A stretch of DNA of 60,053 nt, filler included. It is 3 parts of 3 records of this genome, joined end to end, with 100 filler letters (N's around TTAATTAATTAA, not from the genome) between each part and the next. Parts side by side here need not be neighbours in the genome. Positions count along the whole stretch, not along the records: positions 29,322 to 51,119 come from SRR31156797_32699; 2 more parts are not named here. One strand, written 5' to 3'. Both the position numbers and the translations under genes were made by a program. Shown in pieces: positions 38,964 through 49,399 of the stretch. The notes below the pieces were generated by a model. The model had not been told where the DNA came from. It worked only from the letters and a program-made list of their open reading frames with translations, and did not search any database. Each line of letters begins with the position of its first letter. Position 1 is the first letter of the stretch.

Positions 38964-39350
38964 GTGACCTCTCGAAAAATCATTTGTATTGCAGCAGCCT
39001 TCATGCTGGCCGCAACCACCTTGTTCGGCGCGTGCACAAACTACACCCGCGAACGCGGTGTAGAAAACACATGGCGCAGCATCGACCTGTCACAAATCAT
39101 TCCCGGCACGACTACACAGATGGAAATCGTCAAGCAACTCGGCCCACCATCACAGATCATCGACCTCAAAGCCGGTCCGGCGTTCTATTATCTTGCTGAA
39201 CAGACGCAAGGCGGTGGCGTGATCCTGATCCTCTTCAATCACATGGATGAAAAAATCACCTACGATCGAGCCGTTTTCTTTTTTGATGCGCAGGGAGTAC
39301 TTCTCGACTATTCCTTGAGCAAGGAATCCATCTCACATGAGAAGAAATAA
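38964..39350 (+). CDS. SmpA/BamE-like lipoprotein
   Basis: AAGGAG RBS then GTG; lipobox FGAC; 'G.TT..EI...LGPP' motif. Confidence 0.7.
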   Translation: MTSRKIICIAAAFMLAATTLFGACTNYTRERGVENTWRSIDLSQIIPGTTTQMEIVKQLGPPSQIIDLKAGPAFYYLAEQTQGGGVILILFNHMDEKITYDRAVFFFDAQGVLLDYSLSKESISHEKK

Positions 39351-39942
39351 AGGTTTCAAAACTCTTGCCGCCGCAGTAGTGATCTTTGCCGCCCTTTCCG
39401 GCTGTACCATCATACGTTCCGAACCAGCCTATATTGAGAAGTTTGACACAACCCGATATGACTCCGGCACGCACTACAGCGAAATCTTGCATGACATAGG
39501 TCCTCCGACCAAAATGTCACAACTCGGCACTGGTATGGCGTGGCTCTATGAAGATGTTGTACTCAAGGAAAAACAAATCGGCTTTGGTCCGGTCAGCGGC
39601 CCGCTCTCAATTTTCAAATTAAATTTTGCCACAGGCGACGGGGAATATCAGGGGACCGTCCTCACCTTTGATCAGGATGGCCAACTGACCAGCGCAGGAG
39701 CCATGAATGAGGAGCTCAACCTCGGCGAAGGCATGGCCTTTCAATTCGTCTTTGCAGTTTCAAGTCTGGTGGACATCGGAGATATTCGCCAAACCCCAAA
39801 CCAGCATACATGGGGAAAATCCCTGTTGCAGGATGTCCCTGCAGGGTTGAATCGCCAACAAGACCTCGATACAGGTGCTCATGGAGTAGAACTCATGACC
39901 ACACCACAATTCACAGGCCAGCAGTCACTGGCAAACCCATAA
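39337..39942 (+). CDS. Hypothetical lipoprotein
   Basis: Lipobox LSGC; overlaps upstream lipoprotein. Confidence 0.7.
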   Translation: MRRNKGFKTLAAAVVIFAALSGCTIIRSEPAYIEKFDTTRYDSGTHYSEILHDIGPPTKMSQLGTGMAWLYEDVVLKEKQIGFGPVSGPLSIFKLNFATGDGEYQGTVLTFDQDGQLTSAGAMNEELNLGEGMAFQFVFAVSSLVDIGDIRQTPNQHTWGKSLLQDVPAGLNRQQDLDTGAHGVELMTTPQFTGQQSLANP

Positions 39943-39962
39943 CCAAACAAGAAAATATCCGC

Positions 39963-40580
39963 ATGCTTGAACTCATTACCGGCACAATATTCATGCTCCT
40001 TGCCGCCATGGCACCGGGTGCCGACTTCGCACTGGTGGTCCGCAACTCGTTGCTTTATTCCCGACGTTCAGCCTGCTTCACCGCTCTTGGCGTCGGAGCC
40101 GGACAGTCTATCCACACGACATACAGCGTTCTCGGACTGACGGTACTCATATCCAAATCCCTGTTGCTCTTCACCATCGTCAAATATGTTGGGGCCGCTT
40201 ATCTTTGTTATCTTGGAATCCGCAGTCTCATGGCCGGAGGTGGCCCACACGCGACAGAAATCAAACCAGCCGAAAAGGATATTTCCGCCTTTGCGGCCTT
40301 CAAACAGGGACTCATCTGCAACACTCTAAACCCCAAGGCACCGCTCATTTATATCGCATTTTACAGCGCGGTTCTGCCACCAGACATTTCTCAACTTGGC
40401 AAGATTCTCTACGGCCTCGAATTCATATTTATCGTTGGAGGGTGGTTCGTCTTTCTGGCCTGCATCATCACTCATCCCACAGTGAAAAGGGTGCTCGGAC
40501 GTGTGCAGCGAGTACTCACCAAGGCCCTTGGCGGCATGATGCTCTACTTTGGTATTCGACTGGCTTTCATCGAACAATAA
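39963..40580 (+). CDS. LysE/RhtB-family exporter
   Basis: 'PGADF', 'GAAYL..LG', 'F.QG...N.LNPKA' motifs. Confidence 0.92.
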   Translation: MLELITGTIFMLLAAMAPGADFALVVRNSLLYSRRSACFTALGVGAGQSIHTTYSVLGLTVLISKSLLLFTIVKYVGAAYLCYLGIRSLMAGGGPHATEIKPAEKDISAFAAFKQGLICNTLNPKAPLIYIAFYSAVLPPDISQLGKILYGLEFIFIVGGWFVFLACIITHPTVKRVLGRVQRVLTKALGGMMLYFGIRLAFIEQ

Positions 40581-40582
40581 TC

Positions 40583-40614
40583 AAAAAAAGGGTATTCGCA
40601 GACGCGAATACCCT
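40583..40614 (-). terminator. Intrinsic terminator between convergent genes
   Basis: 11-bp stem AGGGTATTCGC/GCGAATACCCT, 4-nt loop; U-tract on the minus strand. Confidence 0.8.
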
Positions 40615-40642
40615 AAAAAAACATCGCTCAATCTCACGTTTC

Positions 40643-41704
40643 TCAGGACGTAATTTCCTTATTTTCACCAGCCTCATGTTCCTTGATAACCTTGATCACA
40701 TATTCACCGAGGTGTTGAGCTGAACTGATAAAACCAAGCACCTGAAAGAGACGTTGTGCGCCGAAACGACTGGTTACGCCCTGACGACGCAATTCAATAA
40801 ACCGTATTTCGATATTGCTCACGGCATCCTCCAAACGTTTCGTATCATGAGGAACCCCCATTCCGATGGCACGTAATGCGGTCGTCGTTGATCGCGTCAA
40901 TTCTGTCAGTTCCGGGGCAAGGATGATATCAAAGCCCACGCCTTCCACCTGGTTCAACAAGGTGAGCATGGCCTGCAACCGTTCCAGCACAGAACGAAAA
41001 ACACTAACCTGTGTCGAAAGCAGGTTGACGTCATCCCTGAAAAATCGTCGTTCCATGGAAAAAACCTTGTGGAACATCTCCTTATTCTTCTCGGTCGTGC
41101 CCGCAAAATCATCAAACAAATCAGGATCAGTCTTTTGTTGCAGAGAAAGAAAATTATTCATGAGCAACGTATACCGGACTGCCAATTGCCCGTATTGATG
41201 TTCCAGCCGCTCACGCAATGCGGCCCCGGCCCTTCTAGGCCATAAGACCACGGAAACAAGAAAGGCACAGGCTACGCCAACGCCGATCTCAGCCACTCTG
41301 GACAGGGTAAACAGAATACGATGTTCGTCTGTAAGACTCGTCAGATATACGATGGCCACAGTAATGGCCGCCATTCGAAAACGCACATTATACCGCGTAA
41401 GGTAGGCACACACCCCGGTACCGACAAAGATACCCAATAGAGTATACATGGGCGTTGCCGGGAAAATAAGGATAAGCAAAATGCCCATCCCCGCACCAAT
41501 AGCGGTTCCGGTAAAACGATACAGACACATGTGAATGGAGTCCGCCACATGGACCTGCATGACAATAACCGTGGTAATCACAGCCCAGTAAGCATATGGC
41601 ACCCCCACAAGACCGGATACGACATATGCGAGCACGCTCGCCACGCCGACCTTGATACCATGCCGGATGTGACTACTTGCAATAATTCTTTTGATGTAGG
41701 ACAT
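40643..41704 (-). CDS. FUSC/aromatic acid exporter family membrane protein
   Basis: 'YWAVIT..IVMQ', 'R..GT.IGA', 'R..EI..G' motifs. Confidence 0.88.
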   Translation of the reverse strand: MSYIKRIIASSHIRHGIKVGVASVLAYVVSGLVGVPYAYWAVITTVIVMQVHVADSIHMCLYRFTGTAIGAGMGILLILIFPATPMYTLLGIFVGTGVCAYLTRYNVRFRMAAITVAIVYLTSLTDEHRILFTLSRVAEIGVGVACAFLVSVVLWPRRAGAALRERLEHQYGQLAVRYTLLMNNFLSLQQKTDPDLFDDFAGTTEKNKEMFHKVFSMERRFFRDDVNLLSTQVSVFRSVLERLQAMLTLLNQVEGVGFDIILAPELTELTRSTTTALRAIGMGVPHDTKRLEDAVSNIEIRFIELRRQGVTSRFGAQRLFQVLGFISSAQHLGEYVIKVIKEHEAGENKEITS

Positions 41705-41865
41705 TTTTTTCGTCGGATTCGGGAATTATGGGCAGCGAAAATCGCCAACCGTTGCAAACAACCGACGCACGGCTCTCTCACATTGCGGCCAGAGGGTCAA
41801 CCATTAAAGATTCTACAATATATGTTTTCCGCACGATTGACACACAGAAAAAAAAGAACTTCGGA

Positions 41866-43260
41866 CTACTTAAAACTCCCGGCATCCACATCCAACCGCT
41901 TGAGAATTTTTTGCAAAGCGACTCTGGACAAACCGCTTTGGCGTGCTGCTTTTGAAACATTGCCACGTGTACCAAAGAGCAATTCCTCGACATACGTACG
42001 GGTAAAATCGTCCACAACTTTTTCCTTGGCATCCTTGTATGGCGTTAAGCCCTGCGATTCTTCGCCGGGAAGCCCATCAAGCCCCTCCACGAGACGAAGA
42101 TGGACCAATTCCAAAGACTCACTGGAAGAAAACACTGCCAGACGACGAATGAAATTCTGCAATTCACGTACATTTCCGGGCCAACTTTTTGTAGTCAAAT
42201 AGGCCACGGCGTCTGGTGCCATGGTCTTTGGATTGACCTTCATTTCCTCGCAGGAAATAGTCAAAAAATGACGGGCGAGAATAGCAATATCATCACTGCG
42301 GTCCCGCAGAGCCGGCACATTCAGGTTCAAAACATTGAGACGATAATACAGGTCTTCCCGAAAACTACCGTCCTTGATCTTCTCCTCAAGGGGTTGGTTG
42401 GTGGAAGCAAGGATACGTACATCCACCGGAATAGTCTTGCTGGAACCGACAGGACGAATTTCTCCTTCCTGCAACGCTCGCAGCAACTTGGTCTGGATTC
42501 CCGGAGAAATGTCACCGATTTCATCGAGAAGCAGCGTACCGCCGTCCGCTGAAACAAAAATCCCCTTGCGATCCCGGTCTGCGCCAGTGAACGCCCCCTT
42601 GACGTGACCGAACAATTCGCTTTCCAGCAATTGATCAGGAATGGCCGGACAATTGACCGTCAGCAAAGGCTTTCTGCTCCGTCCGCTCAACTGATGGATG
42701 GTTCTGGCCACCAACTCTTTGCCAGTCCCGGATTCTCCTCGAATCAAAACGGTATATTCAGACTCGGCCACGGCTGCCACGCCGTCCTTAAGTCGACGTA
42801 TGGCTAGGCTGTCACCCACAAATTCATTGGGACCGATCTGCTTGGCAAGCAACTCCTGAAGGCGTGCATTCTCCCCGAGAAGGCGACTGCGTTCAAGTCC
42901 TCGCTCTACAACCTGAAACAGGTCTTTTGGCTCCACCGGTTTTGTCAGGAAATCATAGGCCCCGATTTTCAACGCATCCACTGCGGTCTCCACGGTCCCA
43001 TATGCCGTCAACATGACCACACTCATGTCCGGGTGCATTTCTCTGGCTCGACGAAGCAATTCAACCCCATCCATGCTCGGCATGTTCAGATCGGTCAACA
43101 TCAGGCCAAAGGCATCGTTTTCCAATGCAGCAATAGCCTCTGGCCCGGAAAGCACGGCCATAATATGTTCATCAGGATACTGTCGCCCCAACAAACGTGC
43201 GAGTCCTGTGGCAAAATCCTTTTCATCATCAACGATGAGTATACCTATGGCGTTTGTCAT
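41866..43260 (-). CDS. NtrC-family sigma54-dependent response regulator
   Basis: Receiver domain; GESGTGKE, ESELFGH.KGAFTGA, WPGNVREL; Fis-type HTH. Confidence 0.96.
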   Translation of the reverse strand: MTNAIGILIVDDEKDFATGLARLLGRQYPDEHIMAVLSGPEAIAALENDAFGLMLTDLNMPSMDGVELLRRAREMHPDMSVVMLTAYGTVETAVDALKIGAYDFLTKPVEPKDLFQVVERGLERSRLLGENARLQELLAKQIGPNEFVGDSLAIRRLKDGVAAVAESEYTVLIRGESGTGKELVARTIHQLSGRSRKPLLTVNCPAIPDQLLESELFGHVKGAFTGADRDRKGIFVSADGGTLLLDEIGDISPGIQTKLLRALQEGEIRPVGSSKTIPVDVRILASTNQPLEEKIKDGSFREDLYYRLNVLNLNVPALRDRSDDIAILARHFLTISCEEMKVNPKTMAPDAVAYLTTKSWPGNVRELQNFIRRLAVFSSSESLELVHLRLVEGLDGLPGEESQGLTPYKDAKEKVVDDFTRTYVEELLFGTRGNVSKAARQSGLSRVALQKILKRLDVDAGSFK

Positions 43261-45686
43261 TGTTCGCCCCGTGTCGAATCGCTAGTGACCGGAAGATGCA
43301 CTGTAAACACCGCACCGTTGTCGTTCTCCATCTCAATGGTTCCTCCGATTTCCTGAGCCAGCCCATAGACAACGGCTAATCCAAGACCAGTCCCTTTACC
43401 GACTTCCTTGGTGGAGAAAAACGGATCGAACACCTTCAACATATCCCCTTCCGGGATACCCGGCCCATTATCAGCCACCCGAATATCAATGGTCTCGGAG
43501 TCAGATTTATAATGAGCTGAAACGGTAATATACCCAACCTTTTTCACCACTGCATCCAATGCGTTTTTGAGCAAATTGGTAAGAATCTGCTCCACAGCCT
43601 GTTCATTGGTAACGATGGAGGGCAGGCCATCCTCAACCTTCGGCACAACCTCAACGCCCTTCTTCTCTGCCTGCACCCGGAAAATATTAATGGCATCGGC
43701 GACAACCCTGCCCACATCCAGATCAACCAACTCCGACTTCTTGGGTCGAGCAAAGTTGAGTAAATCCTGCAAAACATTCTCGGCCTGCGAAGCGTGCTTG
43801 ATAATAACCTCGGCATCAGAGGATATTTCCTGTCGAGACTCAGCTCCTCGCAACAACTCGGCATAACACTTGATAACGCCCAACGGATTATTGATTTCGT
43901 GGGCCAATCCTGCGGCCAACTGCCCAACTGTTGCCATCTTTTCACTCTGCTGCATGGAAACAAGCATCCGCTTTTCCTGCGTCACATCACGCACGTAAAC
44001 AACACCATTGGCTTCTTGAGCAACCCCTTCCGCCACAGGAAAAACACTGATTGAAAAAGACCTGCCATCTGCGGTTTGCACCTCGCGGGCCATGGTCTCC
44101 CCGTGTTCCAATGAAGACTTCAACGGACAATTTTCGAACACCCCCCCTTGTCTGAACAAAGTGGAACAGGCAGTATCATTCACGGCTCCGCCAAAGGACA
44201 CACACAAGGAACGAGCGGCTTCGTTAGCCAAAACAACACCGCAAGCACCATCCATAAGCAAAAGAGGATCACTGATGCCTTCAACAATCGCCTGAAGCAT
44301 ATCTTTTTGACGAAGAAGGTTATGCAGGGCCGCCAAATTCTCCATGGCAATGCCAAGCTGTTGACCCAACGCCCGCAAAACGTTCCGATCCTGATTCGTA
44401 ATGATGGTTCCTTCATCCCAGATCAAACACAAAAGGCCTTCGGACGAGGCATCACTGGCCCACACCGGAATGTACGCCTTGCCCGGTTCGTAATATGGTT
44501 CAACCTCGGTAATAATCTCTTTCCAGTTAGAGGGGAGATCGGGCTTTGGAGTCCCTTCTGGCCACGTATAATATGTCTGAGAGGCGAGCATACAGATAAA
44601 ACCACCGAGACTGGCTCTGAATCGCTGCACGATAAGAGGCAGAGAATGCTGCCACATCTGCCGTCGAGTGTGACTTCTGTTCAAACCATCAAGAAGCTGA
44701 ACAAACAAACCGACATCCGAACGCCGTTCCTCGGCCTCCAGTTTCAATTCACCGGTACGGACCTCGACCATCTGCTCGAGATTCTCCGAGTGCTGACGGA
44801 GTTGATAGTTCATCTCATGAACATGGTCGCCAAGTTCTTCAAGCCCTTGGACCACCTCTTCAATTTCATCGACATTTTCTAATTTTTCCATGAAGCCGAG
44901 TTCTTCATCTTCTTGAAAAAGCTTGCGGAACTTATCCGTCAGTCTGTGCAAGTTGGTCATGATAAGGCGGTTGAAAAACATCTGAACCAACGCAAAGAAA
45001 AGTAGCATGCCACCGCCATAAAGTGCGGCATACCCGATGGTGGCTTCACGAATCTTCCCGACAGCCCCATCAATGGGAACGCCCACAACGACCAAACCGG
45101 CAATATCACCCAGTGTATGACCGAACCCTCGCTCCGTTCCATACCGTTCGAGCAGGACCGGGGGAGAATCTTCCGGCACGCCATGGCATGTCATGCACGA
45201 CTTCTTGAATTCCACAGGACGCGCCTTAACAAAAAACTCCTTATTCTCAATCTTGCGGTATCCTTCCCAATATTCCTTACCGGGATTTTTCCTGAAATAT
45301 GTCAAAAGATCACGTTCGCTATCCTTGATTTCAAAAAGTGGATTACGCGCATTATCCGCCACTCGACGATAGTAATACTCCGAATGACGCAGATTCAGTC
45401 GATCCATGATGGCTCGAGAAATATACGATGAAGACATGGCCTCGATAACAAACTCCCCTTCCGGCAAAGTCTGATACATTTTCGGCCTGAGTATTTCCCG
45501 CACATAGCCTTGCACACTCGACACCTGATTCAGGACAAGATCGGCCTTATCCTTGACCTGAGTGTCCAGAAGTGAGCTGAGATGGAAATACAAACTCGAA
45601 GCGAAAAACAAACCCAGCAAAAAGACAATGGTTCCCAATCCGAGAAGAAACTTGGCCTGAAGATTTTTTGGTCCGAAATTACCCAT
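43257..45686 (-). CDS. Sensor histidine kinase with periplasmic c-type heme (DUF3365-like) domain, GAF-like and PAS regions
   Basis: Two TM helices flank a domain with CMTCH; H-box [10 protein letters not shown]1, F and G2 boxes. Confidence 0.92.
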   Translation of the reverse strand: MGNFGPKNLQAKFLLGLGTIVFLLGLFFASSLYFHLSSLLDTQVKDKADLVLNQVSSVQGYVREILRPKMYQTLPEGEFVIEAMSSSYISRAIMDRLNLRHSEYYYRRVADNARNPLFEIKDSERDLLTYFRKNPGKEYWEGYRKIENKEFFVKARPVEFKKSCMTCHGVPEDSPPVLLERYGTERGFGHTLGDIAGLVVVGVPIDGAVGKIREATIGYAALYGGGMLLFFALVQMFFNRLIMTNLHRLTDKFRKLFQEDEELGFMEKLENVDEIEEVVQGLEELGDHVHEMNYQLRQHSENLEQMVEVRTGELKLEAEERRSDVGLFVQLLDGLNRSHTRRQMWQHSLPLIVQRFRASLGGFICMLASQTYYTWPEGTPKPDLPSNWKEIITEVEPYYEPGKAYIPVWASDASSEGLLCLIWDEGTIITNQDRNVLRALGQQLGIAMENLAALHNLLRQKDMLQAIVEGISDPLLLMDGACGVVLANEAARSLCVSFGGAVNDTACSTLFRQGGVFENCPLKSSLEHGETMAREVQTADGRSFSISVFPVAEGVAQEANGVVYVRDVTQEKRMLVSMQQSEKMATVGQLAAGLAHEINNPLGVIKCYAELLRGAESRQEISSDAEVIIKHASQAENVLQDLLNFARPKKSELVDLDVGRVVADAINIFRVQAEKKGVEVVPKVEDGLPSIVTNEQAVEQILTNLLKNALDAVVKKVGYITVSAHYKSDSETIDIRVADNGPGIPEGDMLKVFDPFFSTKEVGKGTGLGLAVVYGLAQEIGGTIEMENDNGAVFTVHLPVTSDSTRGEQ

Positions 45687-45814
45687 ATATTTCTCCGGGC
45701 GTCATGCCCATTTCATACAAAATACCCTTCCCCGCAGTAGCGGCACGCCCCTGAATCGTAGCGCATTTTTCATTTTTTTAACAACCGGCCTTCCCTACTC
45801 TCGAAAAGTGCAAA

Positions 45815-45847
45815 CTTCACGTGAAGAACTGCTAACTCAAGTTATCA
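45815..45847. promoter_or_regulatory. Candidate upstream activator (enhancer) sites
   Basis: Perfect palindrome CTTCACGTGAAG (45815-45826) and near-perfect TGCTAACT-CA-AGTTATCA (45830-45847), 50-85 bp upstream of the sigma54 promoter. Confidence 0.5.
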
Positions 45848-45899
45848 CATCAGACTGCACTCTAAAAAATAAATCAAGTAAAATCAGGAACTTTACATT

Positions 45900-45914
45900 T
45901 GGCACGCACCTTGC
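45900..45914 (+). promoter_or_regulatory. Sigma54 (-24/-12) promoter
   Basis: TGGCAC-GCACC-TTGC matches TGGCAC-N5-TTGC; adjacent to a sigma54 activator gene pair. Confidence 0.9.
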
Positions 45915-45962
45915 CTTAAAGACTGCCAGACCACACACAAAAAACCAAAGGAGAGGTTTGGT

Positions 45963-47603
45963 ATGGCTCAAGCAACTGTCGGACGTCCCGACAACACACC
46001 CGTATGGATCATCAGTGGTATTCTGCTGGCATACGGCGTTCTCGTTTCCTCGGGAGCACTGACCGGTCTTCTGACCACATTCAAAGTCCATAAAGCAATG
46101 GACCTGATGCAAACCATGGCTTTCGTAGGCGGCGGACTCGGTGTCGCCACTGCGATGCTCAGGCAAGCACGTTGGAATAAACCCCTCAACAACTTCGACA
46201 CCTTTGTCCTGGAAACCATTCCGGGCATTCTGTTCATTGTGGCCTTGGCCATGGGCATCCGCTGGTTTGCAGAGCCGATGGTCAAACTCGCAAGTTCAGC
46301 CATGGTTCCGGTCCTCGGATTCAAGCTCTACAAGGTACTGAACCTGAACTACGTTGTCCTCGGAATTCTCGTAGGTATCATCATCACCAACAGCTGGGGT
46401 ATCCCCAAGTTTGCAGCGGCAGGCGTCAAAACCGCCCGTTTCGTGTTGAAGATGGGTGTTATCCTGCTGGGTGCCCGTTACTCCTTTGCCGAACTGGCAA
46501 AGCTGGGCATGGTCTCCGTCTGGATGATCGGCTTCTTCGTTCTGGGTACTGTTTTCTTCGTCCTGTTCCTGGGTAAGGTTTTCAAACAGCCCAAAACCAT
46601 GACCGGTGTCCTGTCTGCAGGCATGGGTGTTTGCGGCGTATCCGCAACAGTTGCCTGCGCCCCGGTCGTCAAAGCCAAATGCTCCGAAATGGCTTACACC
46701 ATCGGTACCATCCTCGGTTTTGGTATCCTGTGCATGTTCGCCTTCCCGACCATTGGTAAGATCGCGGGCATGAACGCCACCCAGTTCGGCGCATGGGCCG
46801 GTACCGGTATCCTGAACTCCGCTCAGGTTGCCGCCGCCTGTCTCGCATTTAACGCCGTTGACATTAAAACCCTGAAAGTCGGTGAGATCTTCAACATCAC
46901 CCGCGTACTGTTCCTGCCCGTCATCGTGCTGGTGCTCGCCACCTGGTTTGGCAAACAGTCCGGTCAGAAGTTGAGCTTCAAGGAAGTTGTCATCGACAAA
47001 TTCCCCATCTTCATCATCGGCTTCCTTATCCTGTTCTTCATGTCTTCTTTGGGTCTGTTCTCACCGGCAGATCACTACAAGGGCAAATACCTCGACTTCA
47101 GCTACAACGAACGCACCGAAGTCACTCCTGAGGAGCTGACCATACTGAAAGCTGCGGCTGTCGCGGGTATTCAGGGACTTAACAAGCAGGAATCCGCATC
47201 GTTGAACGATCTTGTTAAACAGCATCAGATCGCCGGTAACTTCGATGATCGTGCCGACAAGACCAAGTTCGACACCGTGGCCCGTGAGCGCATGGCCGGT
47301 CTGGAATCCATGATTGCTCGTGCAAAGGGTGGCGAAGTGACGATTTCCACAGATGTCAAATCCGCACTCGCACACGCAATCAAACAGGTTCACAAGAAAT
47401 CCAAAACTATCGTTACCCTGACTAACGCGATGATCTGGTTCTTTGCCTACGGCCTCATCGGTCTCGGCATGCAGATCACAGGCAAATCCCTTGCTCAGGC
47501 AGGCGGCTGGCCGCTGGTCATGGGTGGTATCTCCGGCGTTGCCAAGGCGACCCTGTCCTTCATCGTCGTCATGTACTTCGTCAAGGACGTCGTCCTTCAC
47601 TAA
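45963..47603 (+). CDS. YeiH / putative sulfate exporter family transporter with a large hydrophilic insert
   Basis: 'K.G.ILLGA', 'G..VCGVSA..A', 'FGAWAG.....S..V.AA', 'FP.FI.GF' motifs; AAGGAG RBS. Confidence 0.88.
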   Translation: MAQATVGRPDNTPVWIISGILLAYGVLVSSGALTGLLTTFKVHKAMDLMQTMAFVGGGLGVATAMLRQARWNKPLNNFDTFVLETIPGILFIVALAMGIRWFAEPMVKLASSAMVPVLGFKLYKVLNLNYVVLGILVGIIITNSWGIPKFAAAGVKTARFVLKMGVILLGARYSFAELAKLGMVSVWMIGFFVLGTVFFVLFLGKVFKQPKTMTGVLSAGMGVCGVSATVACAPVVKAKCSEMAYTIGTILGFGILCMFAFPTIGKIAGMNATQFGAWAGTGILNSAQVAAACLAFNAVDIKTLKVGEIFNITRVLFLPVIVLVLATWFGKQSGQKLSFKEVVIDKFPIFIIGFLILFFMSSLGLFSPADHYKGKYLDFSYNERTEVTPEELTILKAAAVAGIQGLNKQESASLNDLVKQHQIAGNFDDRADKTKFDTVARERMAGLESMIARAKGGEVTISTDVKSALAHAIKQVHKKSKTIVTLTNAMIWFFAYGLIGLGMQITGKSLAQAGGWPLVMGGISGVAKATLSFIVVMYFVKDVVLH

Positions 47604-47618
47604 AAGGAGAATTAGAAA

Positions 47619-47783
47619 ATGGCTGAAGATATCAAATGCAATGTCAACACTGATGATCAGGCGGAAAACGAAGAGCGCGCACTGTCCGTTTTCGCTTCCG
47701 AAAAAAGTGAAGATCTGACTGCCCTCGTGCTTGTCATGGTCGTGACCTTCCTGGTCCTGCTGTTCACAAAGTGGATGGCGTAA
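47619..47783 (+). CDS. 54-aa single-TM small protein (below ORF-track cutoff)
   Basis: AAGGAG RBS; MAEDIKCNVNTDDQAENEERALSVFASEKSEDLTALVLVMVVTFLVLLFTKWMA*. Confidence 0.8.
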   Translation: MAEDIKCNVNTDDQAENEERALSVFASEKSEDLTALVLVMVVTFLVLLFTKWMA

Positions 47784-47820
47784 GCGATACGTAAACCTCG
47801 CCGTATACGGAGGGGGACGC

Positions 47821-48306
47821 ATGTCCCTCTCCCATACGGAGATCAAAAAAACGAAGACTGTCATGAAGCATATACTTCTCGCAACACACGGCACCCCCGG
47901 CGCACGCAAAGCTGAAAAGCTGGCCCGCCAATGGGCAGACCAGTACGGCGCAAAAGTCACCGTCCTTTCAATCATCAATGAAGCATGGGGCGACATGACC
48001 TGTGATGACTGGTTGAATACCTCCACCACGCGTAACGTGTTCGGCTCCTATGTAGCGAGTGAAATCGCCAAGGAAATCGATACGGTCTGGGACCGTCTGC
48101 GCACGGATTTCGACGGAGTGGAACTCGATTTTCTCAGCAAAGGCGGCAAGCTCGATAACGTGCTGGCCGAAGCCGCTGTCAAGGTTGATGCCGATGTAGC
48201 AATCATGGGTGCCTGGCAAAAAGAACAGGCCCCCGGCTTCAGAGACCGTTTTGAAAACAAGCGTCTGCATCCGCAGATGCCATGCCCACTGGTGGTGGCA
48301 CCATGA
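47821..48306 (+). CDS. Universal stress protein (USP)
   Basis: 'KHILLATHG', 'AD..IMG', 'CPLVVAP' motifs; start may be 47863. Confidence 0.88.
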   Translation: MSLSHTEIKKTKTVMKHILLATHGTPGARKAEKLARQWADQYGAKVTVLSIINEAWGDMTCDDWLNTSTTRNVFGSYVASEIAKEIDTVWDRLRTDFDGVELDFLSKGGKLDNVLAEAAVKVDADVAIMGAWQKEQAPGFRDRFENKRLHPQMPCPLVVAP

Positions 48307-48914
48307 CATACGCATCCGAGACCATAGACCGTCGAGAACGCGCCCACGCGGACGTTGAAGAACTCCCAAGACCCGGCGTCTGGATGGAGACCAACCTCCC
48401 TTGGAACACTGCATTCTGGAACAACCTCAAAGGGAAAACCCTGATGAGGCTCAACCCTCACTGGCATGTTGAAAAGGACAAAACCAGCGAAGGCTTCCCC
48501 GTGGAAGACGTGTTGGTTGAGGCCGAATTCAGGGCGACCCCAGAACTCACCGCCACAGCGGAGACCTTTCAAGCATCCTTCCCGGAAATCGGCCTGACCC
48601 TGTCTGCCCGCAAGTGCGAAGACGGTGCTAACACGGCCCTTTCCTTCACCATGGATGAGGTGGAGAACTGCCCCTTCACAGCCGAAGATGCCGGGCGCAC
48701 CATGCAATACTGGCTTCCCAGCCTGCGTGAATACTACCGACTGCACGAGTCCAACTCACTCAAGCATCGCGCGTGGCGTTTCTTCATGGACAAGGTCATG
48801 CTGACCATGAACCCCACCCAGCGCAGAATCAGCGGCTTCATGTTCAAACTCACCGTCCTCGAATGCCTGTTCATCGTCATCCTCGGCGTGGGCTGGTTCT
48901 ACTACGGAGCCTAG
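48303..48914 (+). CDS. Hypothetical protein with C-terminal TM anchor
   Basis: ATGA overlap with USP; hydrophobic C-terminus. Confidence 0.75.
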   Translation: MTYASETIDRRERAHADVEELPRPGVWMETNLPWNTAFWNNLKGKTLMRLNPHWHVEKDKTSEGFPVEDVLVEAEFRATPELTATAETFQASFPEIGLTLSARKCEDGANTALSFTMDEVENCPFTAEDAGRTMQYWLPSLREYYRLHESNSLKHRAWRFFMDKVMLTMNPTQRRISGFMFKLTVLECLFIVILGVGWFYYGA

Positions 48915-48923
48915 GAGAAAATC

Positions 48924-49220
48924 ATGCTCAAGAACTTCTTGCACCACTTTATTGTTGGCCTCGGCGCACTCGGATACCTGCTGGCAGTCCCGGTGTTGTT
49001 GTATCAATATCTCGGTCTCATGAACGACTGGCCACACCTGTTTCTCAGCATCGTATATGATTCTGCCGGAGACTGGTGGCTGGATGTCAACTGGCAGGCT
49101 CCCGCTCTGTGGATTGCCATTGGCTTTATTGTCATGGCCGCCGCGACTCATGCCTTCATTCGACGCAATGACGCCATCGGATACCGAGAAGGTGAAGTCC
49201 CAAGCGCACACGGATTCTGA
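48924..49220 (+). CDS. Small two-TM membrane protein
   Basis: AGGAG RBS; two hydrophobic helices. Confidence 0.75.
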   Translation: MLKNFLHHFIVGLGALGYLLAVPVLLYQYLGLMNDWPHLFLSIVYDSAGDWWLDVNWQAPALWIAIGFIVMAAATHAFIRRNDAIGYREGEVPSAHGF

Positions 49221-49399
49221 TTTTTATGGTGTTTGAAAGATTGCCTCCTCCTTCTTTCCGAACGCCTAAAAACCTCATTGCCTCTCGAGGTTGGCACTCC
49301 GAGAAAGTTGCGGTATTCTTAACCCCAAAGCCGCAACTTCCCCGGAGTCCTTCTCGTCCGACCAGATGATCCAGACTCCATCCAGCCCAAGGACACCGC

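Noticed and set aside
45815-45826. CTTCACGTGAAG as a parS site
   Set aside because: Only the inner core matches; the outer TGT/ACA arms are absent. An activator site fits the context better.
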